From positions 499,484 through 563,483 of the forward strand of contig NZ_KZ857174.1 in the NCBI RefSeq assembly GCF_003350925.1: a stretch of DNA of 64,000 nt. Direction: 5' to 3'. Each line of letters opens with the position of its first letter. Position 1 is the stretch's first letter. A program made the position numbers and the translations under genes. Origin of the DNA: Dyella tabacisoli (lineage in GTDB: Bacteria; Pseudomonadota; Gammaproteobacteria; Xanthomonadales; Rhodanobacteraceae). The notes beneath the pieces are model-generated. The model saw nothing but the letters and a program-made list of their open reading frames with translations, did not search any database and was not told the DNA's origin. Shown in pieces: positions 22,874 to 31,430 of this stretch.

Positions 22874-23245
22874 TTACGGCGTAGCCGGGGCTGCTTTGAG
22901 GCAGTCGCTCATAAAGCTCTTGCGTGCAGCGCCCTTCAATGCCTTGGTTTTGGCATCGACGTTACAGCTCTTCATTCTTTCTTGTGGCGTCTGCTTGGTC
23001 GCTGGCGCGGCCGCCGTTGCGGTGGGGCTTTCACCCTTCATGCAGGCGCTCATAAAGGCTTTGTGATCGGCGCCCTTGTGGCCTGCGGACTGCTTGTTGC
23101 AGTCGGCCATATGCTGCTGTGCCGGGGTGAGTACTTTCGTGGCCGTGGGTGCGGCAGTGCTCGCGGCTTGCGGTGCAGCAAAAGCGGTAGTGGCAGCTAA
23201 GGCCAGCACGGCGCTGACGGCAATCAAGCTCAAACGCATAGACAT
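22874..23245 (-). CDS. PsiF-repeat periplasmic protein (two tandem PsiF repeats)
   Basis: Signal peptide. Two copies of …Q(Q/E)(H/R)M(A/K)(D/S)CN…A…KG…(K/R)K(A/S)FMS(A/D)C(M/L)K, matching PsiF repeats. Confidence 0.7.
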   Translation of the reverse strand: MSMRLSLIAVSAVLALAATTAFAAPQAASTAAPTATKVLTPAQQHMADCNKQSAGHKGADHKAFMSACMKGESPTATAAAPATKQTPQERMKSCNVDAKTKALKGAARKSFMSDCLKAAPATP

Positions 23246-23362
23246 GACGGATACCCTCCTGAGATAGCCGGCGACTGCCGGTGGCGCTAAGTCTATGCCG
23301 GCTGAGGCCCGACATGTGTGTCTTTGACGTATGCCGTATTCAGATTGGGGAAGGGTAGGGGG

Positions 23363-23400
23363 AGGCCGCGGAGACGCCTGATCGGCGCCTCCGCGGCCGA
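23363..23400 (-). terminator. GC-rich hairpin downstream of the aminotransferase gene
   Basis: ggccgcggagacgcc tgatc ggcgcctccgcggcc, a 15-bp stem with one mismatch. Confidence 0.4.
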
Positions 23401-23405
23401 TGCCT

Positions 23406-24917
23406 TCAGGCTGCTTCGGCCTTGAGCTTGCGCGGCCCTTGCAACAGCGCCTTGCGCAGGTGTTCCACCACCAGGTCCACTTCGGCGCTGGTCACGTTGA
23501 AGTGCGGAGTGAAGCGCAGCGAGTTAGTGCCGCCATGGATCACCCCGATGCCGCGCTCGCGCATGTATTCCTCGGTGGAGTTGGCGCCGTAGCACTTGAA
23601 CTCCGGCGATAACTCGCAGGAGAACAGCAGGCCGGTGCCTTGCACCTTGGTGATGAGTCCGCCCAATTCATTCTTTAGTGCGTTGAGCTTGTCGACGAAC
23701 TCTTTGCCACGCTCACGGATATTGCTGCGCACGGCGTCGGTGAGCTGATCCAGGGTGGCCAGCGCCACGTCGAGCGCGCGCGGGTTGGCGGTCATGGTGT
23801 TGCCGTAGATGCCCTTGCGATAAAGCGCGGCGGTACGTTCGCTCACAGCCAGCACCGACATCGGGTATTGCCCGGCGTTAAGTGCTTTGGAGAAGGTCTC
23901 CATGTCCGGCGCCGGCAATTTCTCGAAGCCTGGATAGTCGGTCAGCGAAAGCACACCATGTGCGCGCAAGCCAGCCTGGATCGAATCGATCAGCAGCAAG
24001 GTGCCGTGTGCTTCGGTGAGCGTACGCGCGGCTTTGTAGAACTCCGGCGTGACGGCTCGGCCCGGATCGCCTTCGCCCATCACCGGCTCAAGGAACATCG
24101 CTTCGATAAACCAGCCGTGCTTGTCGGCATCGGCGAACACCGCTTCGAGTTGGCCGATGTCATACGGCGTCACGGTGAGCAAGGTGTCTTCGTGGCGATA
24201 GCTGGCCAGATGCTGCTGATAGGTTTTGCGGGTGGAGTCCGAATACAGCGCGGGCTTGTCGGTGCGGCCGTGGAAGGCGCCCTTCACAGCGAGCCGCTTG
24301 ATGCTGCGTCCGGCATAGCGGCCACCGGCGTCGGTCATGATCTTCGCGTTGACATCGGCGATGCGGCAGGCCAGCGATACCGACTCTGAGCCGGAGTTAA
24401 GGCACAGGTAGCGCGCATACGGATTGCGACTGCGCAGATCGCCTTCGCGGTTGCGGCCAAGCTCTTTATTCAACGCTTGCGCGAAACGCAGTTGCGAAAC
24501 ACTCGGCGTCATCACGTTCGCCATTACCTGCGGCTGGCTCATCGCCGTTTGAATGGCTTCATTGTTATGGCCGAAGCCAAGCATGCCGTAGCCGCCGTTG
24601 TCGTGAATGACCGCGCCCTTTAGCGTGATGACCCAGGGGCCGCGCGCAGCGGCCGGCAAATAATGATTTACTGCATCGTCGGGATAAAAGTTGACGAAGC
24701 CGGCTTGCGCCTGCGCCATCTGCTCGACTTCGTCCAGCTTGAGAAAGTCACTCAAGTCGGCGCGCAAGGCGCGATGCCGTGCTACGGCTTCACTAATCGC
24801 TTGCGCCAGTTGGGGATAGCTGGCGGCAAAGCGTTCGATGGATACGTCATCCATACCTGTAGTACGCGGCGTACCGCCGAATTCGCGCAGTTCGCGCAAC
24901 TGTTCGATGACACCCAT
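23406..24917 (-). CDS. class-III (omega) aminotransferase family PLP-dependent enzyme with an N-terminal extension of about 90 aa
   Basis: 503 aa. The AT-III fold runs from about aa 95 (…GGYGMLGFGHN…), with a lysine-containing PLP region downstream. Substrate unknown. Confidence 0.6.
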   Translation of the reverse strand: MGVIEQLRELREFGGTPRTTGMDDVSIERFAASYPQLAQAISEAVARHRALRADLSDFLKLDEVEQMAQAQAGFVNFYPDDAVNHYLPAAARGPWVITLKGAVIHDNGGYGMLGFGHNNEAIQTAMSQPQVMANVMTPSVSQLRFAQALNKELGRNREGDLRSRNPYARYLCLNSGSESVSLACRIADVNAKIMTDAGGRYAGRSIKRLAVKGAFHGRTDKPALYSDSTRKTYQQHLASYRHEDTLLTVTPYDIGQLEAVFADADKHGWFIEAMFLEPVMGEGDPGRAVTPEFYKAARTLTEAHGTLLLIDSIQAGLRAHGVLSLTDYPGFEKLPAPDMETFSKALNAGQYPMSVLAVSERTAALYRKGIYGNTMTANPRALDVALATLDQLTDAVRSNIRERGKEFVDKLNALKNELGGLITKVQGTGLLFSCELSPEFKCYGANSTEEYMRERGIGVIHGGTNSLRFTPHFNVTSAEVDLVVEHLRKALLQGPRKLKAEAA

Positions 24918-25212
24918 GATGGCTCCTCCTAAAAGTCTGCATGCCTGTCGCCCGGCAGGCCGGTGCGAACACGTTATGTTTTAGCGATACATGCGGGAAA
25001 CGCGCCCCGACGGCGTTTCTCGGGCCTGTTCGTTCAGGCGGGTCGTGCATCAGACCTGTGGGGGCTAAGGATGCGGCGACGATGGCACTGAGGATAACTC
25101 GCCCGCGCCGCCGCCGGTACCCCAGGTGACGCTTGTCACCCCCGTCGACTGACGCTGGCGACTACGCGCAAAGCCTTGCCAGGCCTAGCCTGATGAACAA
25201 GGAGGAAACACC

Positions 25213-26139
25213 ATGTCAAACCATGTCGCACCAATCGCCCGGCTTGCCGGAGCAATCAAGCACTACGGTTCACTCACCGCGCTGGATGGGCTGGATCTCA
25301 TGTTGCATCGCGGCGAATTGCTCGCTTTGTTGGGACCAAACGGCGCCGGGAAAAGTACCGCGATCAGTTTGTTGCTTGGCTTGATTCGTGCCGATGCAGG
25401 CACGGTCGAGTTATTCGGGCTCGATCCGCAGCAACTCGTGGCGCGCCGCCGCATTGGCGTGATGCTGCAGGCGGCCAGCTTGCCGCCGACCCTGCGTGTC
25501 GAGGAGTTATTGCGGCTGACCGCCAGCTATTACCCGGCACCGCGCGCGCTGCTTGAAAGCGCCGAATTGGCCGGGATCGGTGATCTGCTCAAACGGCCCT
25601 ACGCAAAACTTTCCGGCGGGCAACAGCGGCGCGTGCAGTTCGCCATGGCTTTATGTGGACGGCCTGAGTTGCTGTTTCTCGACGAGCCGACCGTGGGCAT
25701 GGATATCGAGGCAAGGCAAAAACTATGGACAACGATCCGTCAACTGGTAGCCGAAGGCTGCGCGGTGGTACTTACTACGCACTATCTGGAAGAGGCCGAA
25801 GCCCTGGCGGATCGCGTTTGTGTGATGGCGCGCGGCAAAGTCATTAGCGAGGGCAGTGTGGATGAGTTGCGCGCGCGGGTATCGCTCAAGCGAGTGCGCT
25901 GCGTCACGCGCCTGGATGTGCAAGCCGTGGCAGCGTGGCCAGAAGTGGTCGAGGCGCGGCAAGAAGGTTCACGCCTGTGGATGTCCACCGATGCCGCTGA
26001 AGTACTCGTACGCCGGCTGTTGTTGGCAGATGCGCAACTCAGCGAACTGGAGGTGCAGCGTGCCGGTTTGGCCGAAGCTTTCACTGAACTCACCCGCGAA
26101 GCCGACAGTTCGGTCAGCGATCAACGCGAGGCTGCCTGA
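25213..26139 (+). CDS. ABC transporter ATP-binding protein (ABC-2 subfamily)
   Basis: Walker A GPNGAGKST, ABC signature LSGGQQRRV, Walker B LLFLDEPT. The C-terminal extension is typical of ABC-2 ATPases. Confidence 0.9.
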   Translation: MSNHVAPIARLAGAIKHYGSLTALDGLDLMLHRGELLALLGPNGAGKSTAISLLLGLIRADAGTVELFGLDPQQLVARRRIGVMLQAASLPPTLRVEELLRLTASYYPAPRALLESAELAGIGDLLKRPYAKLSGGQQRRVQFAMALCGRPELLFLDEPTVGMDIEARQKLWTTIRQLVAEGCAVVLTTHYLEEAEALADRVCVMARGKVISEGSVDELRARVSLKRVRCVTRLDVQAVAAWPEVVEARQEGSRLWMSTDAAEVLVRRLLLADAQLSELEVQRAGLAEAFTELTREADSSVSDQREAA

Positions 26140-26933
26140 TGAACACCATCGTTTCCACCTTCGATTCGAGTCACGCCGTGGCCGACATGTCATCGCGCCG
26201 TGTATGGGGCGCCTACCTGGAGGAGGCACGCAGTGAATGCCTGCGCTATCTGCGCAGTCCGGGTTTTCTACTGCCGACGCTGTTGTTTCCTTCAGTGTTT
26301 TATCTGATGTTCGGCATCTTTCTGGGCCATGCCAACGGACCCGATGCACCGCGCTATTTGCTGGCTTCTTATGGAACCTTCGGCGTGATGGCGCCAGGGC
26401 TGTTCGGTTTTGGTGTGTCGCTGGCGTTAGAGCGCGATAGCGGTTTGCTGACACTTAAGCGCGCCCTGCCGATGCCGCCTGGCGCCTATCTGCTGGGCAA
26501 AATGGCGATGGCCATGGTGGTGGCTGCTACTGTGTCGATCTTGCTGCTGAGCATGGCGACCTTTCTGGCGCATGCTTCGTTGACACTGTCGCAGATGTTG
26601 TCACTGTTCGTGACCGATCTGTTGGGTGTGCTGCCATTCTGTGCGCTGGGCTTGCTGCTGGGCACCTTAATCAAAGGGCAAGGTGCGCCGGGACTGGTCA
26701 ACATGATTTACCTGCCGATGGCCTTCCTGTCGGGGTTGTGGTTTCCGCTTTCGATGATGCCCGCCTTACTGCAGCAGTTGGCACCGATATGGCCTAGCTA
26801 CCACCTCAATCAGCTTGCGCTTAGCGCGGTAGGTTTGGGGCAGGGCCCGGTATGGCCACATGTGCTGGCGCTAAGCGGTTATACCGTGGTCCTGGTGTGG
26901 CTGGCTGCGCGCCGCTTGCGTCGATACGGCTGA
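26139..26933 (+). CDS. ABC-2 type transporter permease
   Basis: 264 aa with 6 TM segments. Start overlaps the upstream stop (ATGA). Confidence 0.8.
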   Translation: MNTIVSTFDSSHAVADMSSRRVWGAYLEEARSECLRYLRSPGFLLPTLLFPSVFYLMFGIFLGHANGPDAPRYLLASYGTFGVMAPGLFGFGVSLALERDSGLLTLKRALPMPPGAYLLGKMAMAMVVAATVSILLLSMATFLAHASLTLSQMLSLFVTDLLGVLPFCALGLLLGTLIKGQGAPGLVNMIYLPMAFLSGLWFPLSMMPALLQQLAPIWPSYHLNQLALSAVGLGQGPVWPHVLALSGYTVVLVWLAARRLRRYG

Positions 26934-26941
26934 GGGGTAGC

Positions 26942-28168
26942 ATGCGGACCATGAATACTGCATCCAGACTGTTCCGCGCATGGTTTACCCCGGCGCCAGA
27001 TTCCGAAGCGCTTACCAACATACGGCGCGGCAAATCGCCGTGGGTCGATGCAGTGCACTTGCTTTGGTCGGCATGGGTGTTCATCACGCCGGCTTTCGGT
27101 GAGCACTACAGTTGGGGATGGGTCACATTGACCCTGGTTTCTTATCCGCTGTTTTTGTTGTTGTATGCGAAGGTTTTTCTCGTATCGCGGCGTACCTCGA
27201 AGTATTACGCACTGGCTCTGGCGGCCCTGGGCTTGCTGTTGCTGCCGTGGTACTCCAGCGCAGTCAGTTATTTCATTTACGGCTGTGTACTGCTGCGCGA
27301 CTGCAGGGTAAGTCTTCGTCGATACCTGTTGCAGCTATCACTGCTCAATGGCTGTTTTCTGGTAGTGGCGGCATCAGTCGGTTACCCATGGCAAGTGCTG
27401 GTGATGATGCCGTTCATGACCTTCGTCATCGGCACGATCATCACCGTGGAGCGGGTGAATGAGGAGAAGGACGCCGCGCTCAAGCTTTCTCATGACGAGG
27501 TACGCCGACTTGCCGCGACTGCCGAGCGCGAGCGCATTGGTCGTGACTTGCACGATCTGCTGGGCCATACGCTGTCGTTGATTACCCTCAAGCTGGAGCT
27601 GTCGCGCAAGCTGTTCGACCGTGATACCGAGGCGGCGCGGCGCGAGGTGGAGGAGGCCGAAAAAGTGGCCCGTCACGCGCTTGCCGAAGTGCGCTCCGCC
27701 GTCACTGGCATTCGCGCTACCGACCTGGCCGCTGAGTTGGCTTCCGTGCGTTTGTTGCTGGAATCCTCAAGCGTACATTTGGATTATCGGCTGCCGACAT
27801 TGAGTTTGCCGGTGGAGATCGAGCGCGGGCTGTCGTTGATTATGCGCGAGGCGGCAACCAACATCGCTCGTCATGCAGAGGCAAGTCAGGCCAGCATGAG
27901 CGTGGATGTCGACAATGGTCGGGTGCAATTGCAAGTCACCGACAACGGTCGCGGCGGTGTCAGCGAGGATGGCAACGGCCTGGTCGGCATGCGTGAGCGA
28001 GTACGCGCCTTGGGCGGCACGCTGACCATCGAATCGCCTCGCGGTCAGGGCACGACCCTGCAAGTCCAGCTACCGCTTCCCGAAATGCGAAGCCTGAACG
28101 TATCCATGAATAGCCGTCCAGAAAATTTTCCGATCTCCCCGGCCGATGATGCAAGGAGCATCGCATGA
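26942..28168 (+). CDS. membrane-embedded sensor histidine kinase (HisKA_3/DesK-like)
   Basis: 4-5 N-terminal TM helices with no periplasmic domain. HisKA_3 H-box ERERIGRDLHDLLGHTLS. HATPase_c (…DNGRGG…GLVGMRERV…GG). Confidence 0.85.
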   Translation: MRTMNTASRLFRAWFTPAPDSEALTNIRRGKSPWVDAVHLLWSAWVFITPAFGEHYSWGWVTLTLVSYPLFLLLYAKVFLVSRRTSKYYALALAALGLLLLPWYSSAVSYFIYGCVLLRDCRVSLRRYLLQLSLLNGCFLVVAASVGYPWQVLVMMPFMTFVIGTIITVERVNEEKDAALKLSHDEVRRLAATAERERIGRDLHDLLGHTLSLITLKLELSRKLFDRDTEAARREVEEAEKVARHALAEVRSAVTGIRATDLAAELASVRLLLESSSVHLDYRLPTLSLPVEIERGLSLIMREAATNIARHAEASQASMSVDVDNGRVQLQVTDNGRGGVSEDGNGLVGMRERVRALGGTLTIESPRGQGTTLQVQLPLPEMRSLNVSMNSRPENFPISPADDARSIA

Positions 28169-28767
28169 TCCGAGTGTTGCTGGCCGAAGACCAGGCGATG
28201 GTGCGTGGCGCCTTGTCGGCATTGCTCAACCTGGAGTCGGATATCGAGGTACTCGGTACCGCCGCCGATGGCGAAGCGGCCTGGCGCGAAATACAGCGAT
28301 TGAAGCCCGATGTACTGGTTACCGATATCGAGATGCCGGGCTTGACCGGGCTGGAGTTGGCGCAGCGCATTCAACGACAAGAGTTGCCGATCAAAGTCAT
28401 TATCGTGACTACGTTCGCACGGCCGGGGTTTCTAAGGCGCGCTTTGGATAGCGGGGTATCGGGCTATCTATTGAAGGATGCCCCGGCCGAGAACCTTGCG
28501 GAAGCCTTGCGCACCGTGCAGCGTGGCGGTCGAGCGATTGATCCGCAGCTAGCCTTGGAGGCGTGGTCAGAAGCCGACCCGTTGAATGATCGAGAGCGCC
28601 AGGTATTGCGTCTGGCCGGTGAAGGTATGTCGGCCAGCGATATCGCGACCCATTTCAATCTTTCGCATGGCACCGTGCGTAATTATCTGTCGGAGGCGAT
28701 CGGCAAACTCGGTGTGGCCAATCGCATCGAAGCCTATCGATTGGCGCGGCAGAAAGGCTGGCTATAG
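28165..28767 (+). CDS. NarL/LuxR-family response regulator
   Basis: REC domain (LLAEDQAMVR…VLVTDIEMPGLTG) plus a C-terminal LuxR HTH (LNDRERQVLRLAGEGMSASDIATHFNLSHGTVRNY). Start overlaps the kinase stop. Confidence 0.9.
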   Translation: MIRVLLAEDQAMVRGALSALLNLESDIEVLGTAADGEAAWREIQRLKPDVLVTDIEMPGLTGLELAQRIQRQELPIKVIIVTTFARPGFLRRALDSGVSGYLLKDAPAENLAEALRTVQRGGRAIDPQLALEAWSEADPLNDRERQVLRLAGEGMSASDIATHFNLSHGTVRNYLSEAIGKLGVANRIEAYRLARQKGWL

Positions 28768-28817
28768 CGACACATCAGCGAGGCCTCTTTGCATTTTCGT
28801 TACGTTAAAGGGGCATC

Positions 28818-30251
28818 ATGAATCGCTACTTGTCATCACGATCGCAGCTCAAAGCTCGGCTACGCAGTGGATTTCTCCGCGTTTGCCTGCTGGCATGTTT
28901 CGCAGCTCAGGCGCATGCACAAAGCAGCACGGCCAACGTTACTGTCGACTTTACTCAGCCGGGCATGTCGACCTCGTCGTGGTCGCTCGGCGCCACCATT
29001 TCCACCTATGCCGACGGCGGCAGCAATCTCATCAAGGGGGCTGCCCAGCCGCTGTGGCAGCAATACCTGCAAGATCTCGGTCCCCTGGTCTGGCGTATTC
29101 CGCTGTACTACCACGCAGGGCAGGTGGGCTCTTCTGCCGGTGGCATTCACGGGGGCAACGAGGGTGAGGCTTATATTCGAGCGATCAAGGCGATAGGCGG
29201 TGCGCCGATGATCGCTATCGGCGGCACGACCAGCGACAACGACATTCAAGCGTCCGATGCCTTCGATCTTGTTCACTATTTCAACGATGGCGATGGCCAG
29301 CATGGCGGCCCGGTGGATGCCTACATCGTTGGCAACGAGCCGGATAACGGTTTCGGTCTCGGCAATTACATTGCAGGCGGCAACGGCAGCTCCGGGTTCC
29401 ATGCCATTGTGGCGGGACTGCGTCAGGCTACGACGCGTCAGCTCTCCATTGCGGGCCCGGCATTCACCACGTGGGCGTCCTACAAATACGCCGATTTCCA
29501 GACGTTTTTCGCTGCCGACAACACAGACGTCGACATCGTGGATTTCCACAAGTATGGCGACGGGCAGCCGGACGCCAATTTGCAGCGCACCGGGCAGTAT
29601 GAAGACGGCATCAACTGGTTGCGCAATCAGGTGACACTGAATTTTGCCGGCCGCGCCAGCCAGATAGGTTTTCAAGTCGGCGAGTTCAACTACAACTCTT
29701 ACTACGGCTCGCAGTGGCGCAACGCGTTCTACACCTCACGCAATCTGGTGCATACCGCATCGGTGATCGGCCACGTGTTGCGTGCGGGCGGCAGGGCCTA
29801 TCAATACGCCGATAACAACGGCCCGCTGGGCTTGATTACCGACGGCACTTCGCGCAATGACCAGCCGCAGGGCCAGAACATTCGCCTGCCGGCTTATTGG
29901 GGAGTGTCGGTTTGGAGTGGCGGGGCCTGGACGCGTCGATTCGGTCAAGTCATGGTGGCAGCCTCGACGACGCTGCCGGATGTCGAGGTGTTCGCCACTG
30001 ATAACGCCAAAAAGATCGTTCTGATAAATAAGTCCGTCGATACGGATCGCCACGCGGTATTGGCATTGACGGGCAGTGACAGCGGCACTTACTCAGCCTG
30101 GCAATATGTGCGCGGCATGGACCCAGGCGCTTTCATGGCGGGACCACAGTTTCAGCCGCCGCTGAATATCGTTTCGAGCATACCTTTTGCACAGGGTGGT
30201 TTAGAGGTCGATCTGCCATGGATGAGTGTCGTGGTTATCACCATAGATTAA
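28818..30251 (+). CDS. secreted protein, putative clan GH-A (TIM-barrel) glycoside hydrolase; family unresolved
   Basis: Signal peptide. YIVGNEPDN (an NEP acid/base-like motif) and a later VGEFN candidate nucleophile segment are spaced as in clan GH-A enzymes. Confidence 0.35.
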   Translation: MNRYLSSRSQLKARLRSGFLRVCLLACFAAQAHAQSSTANVTVDFTQPGMSTSSWSLGATISTYADGGSNLIKGAAQPLWQQYLQDLGPLVWRIPLYYHAGQVGSSAGGIHGGNEGEAYIRAIKAIGGAPMIAIGGTTSDNDIQASDAFDLVHYFNDGDGQHGGPVDAYIVGNEPDNGFGLGNYIAGGNGSSGFHAIVAGLRQATTRQLSIAGPAFTTWASYKYADFQTFFAADNTDVDIVDFHKYGDGQPDANLQRTGQYEDGINWLRNQVTLNFAGRASQIGFQVGEFNYNSYYGSQWRNAFYTSRNLVHTASVIGHVLRAGGRAYQYADNNGPLGLITDGTSRNDQPQGQNIRLPAYWGVSVWSGGAWTRRFGQVMVAASTTLPDVEVFATDNAKKIVLINKSVDTDRHAVLALTGSDSGTYSAWQYVRGMDPGAFMAGPQFQPPLNIVSSIPFAQGGLEVDLPWMSVVVITID

Positions 30252-30880
30252 GACGCGAAAAATAATTTTAAATAATGCTTGCAAGCAATGCTGGGTCGAA
30301 GTAATGTTCGCGTCCTCGCTCACCTGAGCGAATAACCAAGAGATGAAACCCCATGTCGTTCGTTTTCGCCATTGCAGCTAAACCCAATATGTCGCGCCAG
30401 GCGTGCGATGCGGGTCTGTTTGCGCCAAGCGAACGGCATGATTTAGTTAGCGACGTTTCATTACTCGACTGATCCTCTCGCGGAGATCGGTCACCCCGAT
30501 CTCCCGAGGCAACGCGAACGCCCTCGGGTCGCCATACCCGGGGGCGTTTTGTTTTGTCTTCGATAAAGGCACGCGTTCGCAGGGGATGGCATGGATCGAA
30601 GAACGTTTACGAATCCGGTTCTGGGAGTAACCACTCCGCCCTGAAGTATCCGGCTGTCCGCACAGCCAAGGCAGGGGCATCAGGGTGCTTCGGTGCGAGT
30701 GGTGCGGGAACAGGGTTTACAAGGTATTTGGGCGCTCGCGCTCATAGGGATTGCCGGTTGGCGACAGCCGGTAATACGGAGCATCAGTTTGAACAGACTC
30801 AGCGGTACAGGCTCTTGGCCTGTCCGGTGCGCGCGGCTGTGCCGTGGCGTATGCCGAGGCCTGCGAGACGGTGTTTCGCG

Positions 30881-30950
30881 ATGACGTTAGCTCAGCGGTA
30901 GAGCGGCAATCTTACGGTTGCAGTCGCCGGTTCGACTCCGGTACGTCAAA
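30881..30950 (+). pseudogene. tRNA-like element, Val(UAC)-like but degenerate (6-nt anticodon loop, A·A at 1:72, no CCA)
   Basis: atgacgt ta gctc agcggta gagc g gcaat cttacg gttgc agtc gccgg ttcgact ccggt acgtcaa a. D and T arms are canonical. The anticodon loop is one nt short compared with tRNA-Val(UAC), which has cttacaa. Confidence 0.5.
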
Positions 30951-31023
30951 CATTGGATAGCTCAGTGGGTAGAGCATCGGACTGTTAATCCGACTGTCGC
31001 GGGTTCGACCCCCGCTCCAAACA
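30951..31023 (+). pseudogene. tRNA-Asn(GUU)-like element with a defective acceptor stem (C·C, A·A at 1:72 and 2:71) and no CCA
   Basis: cattgga ta gctc agtgggta gagc a tcgga ctGTTaa tccga ctgtc gcggg ttcgacc cccgc tccaaac. The internal cloverleaf is perfect. The acceptor pairs for only 5 of 7 positions. Confidence 0.5.
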
Positions 31024-31430
31024 TGACCTGTCACGTCATGACCAGGAACGAAAGTTCCACACCAGGAAACGCCTCGTGCGTTGCAGGGCGCGTACATAAA
31101 GGAAGCGCGTGCCCTGCAAAGCAGCGCTATTGTCGCCGGATTTTTGTTGTAGATACGGGCGGGTGAGTATCGAATGTGAGGCATAGCGTAATAGTGCGAT
31201 GCCTGACGGGAAATATGAGCCTCCCCGCGAAAACCACATGGGTTTCGCGACTTTATCGTCAAGAGGCGTTTCCACCTTATTTATCTTTGCGAATAACACC
31301 GTGAGATCGGTTTATTCGTAAGGCGAAGTATTGCCTTATTTATGGATTTAATTCATTGCGTGGAAACGATCCGGCCATGTAATGAAATACCTTACGGGTC
31401 GACCACCCAGAATAACCAAGGAGTATCGCC

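Noticed and set aside
30554-30901. 115-aa ORF in the non-coding stretch upstream of the tRNA-like elements
   Set aside because: Gly/Ala/Arg-rich low-complexity translation. It runs into the tRNA-like element. More likely non-coding (see the sRNA candidate finding).
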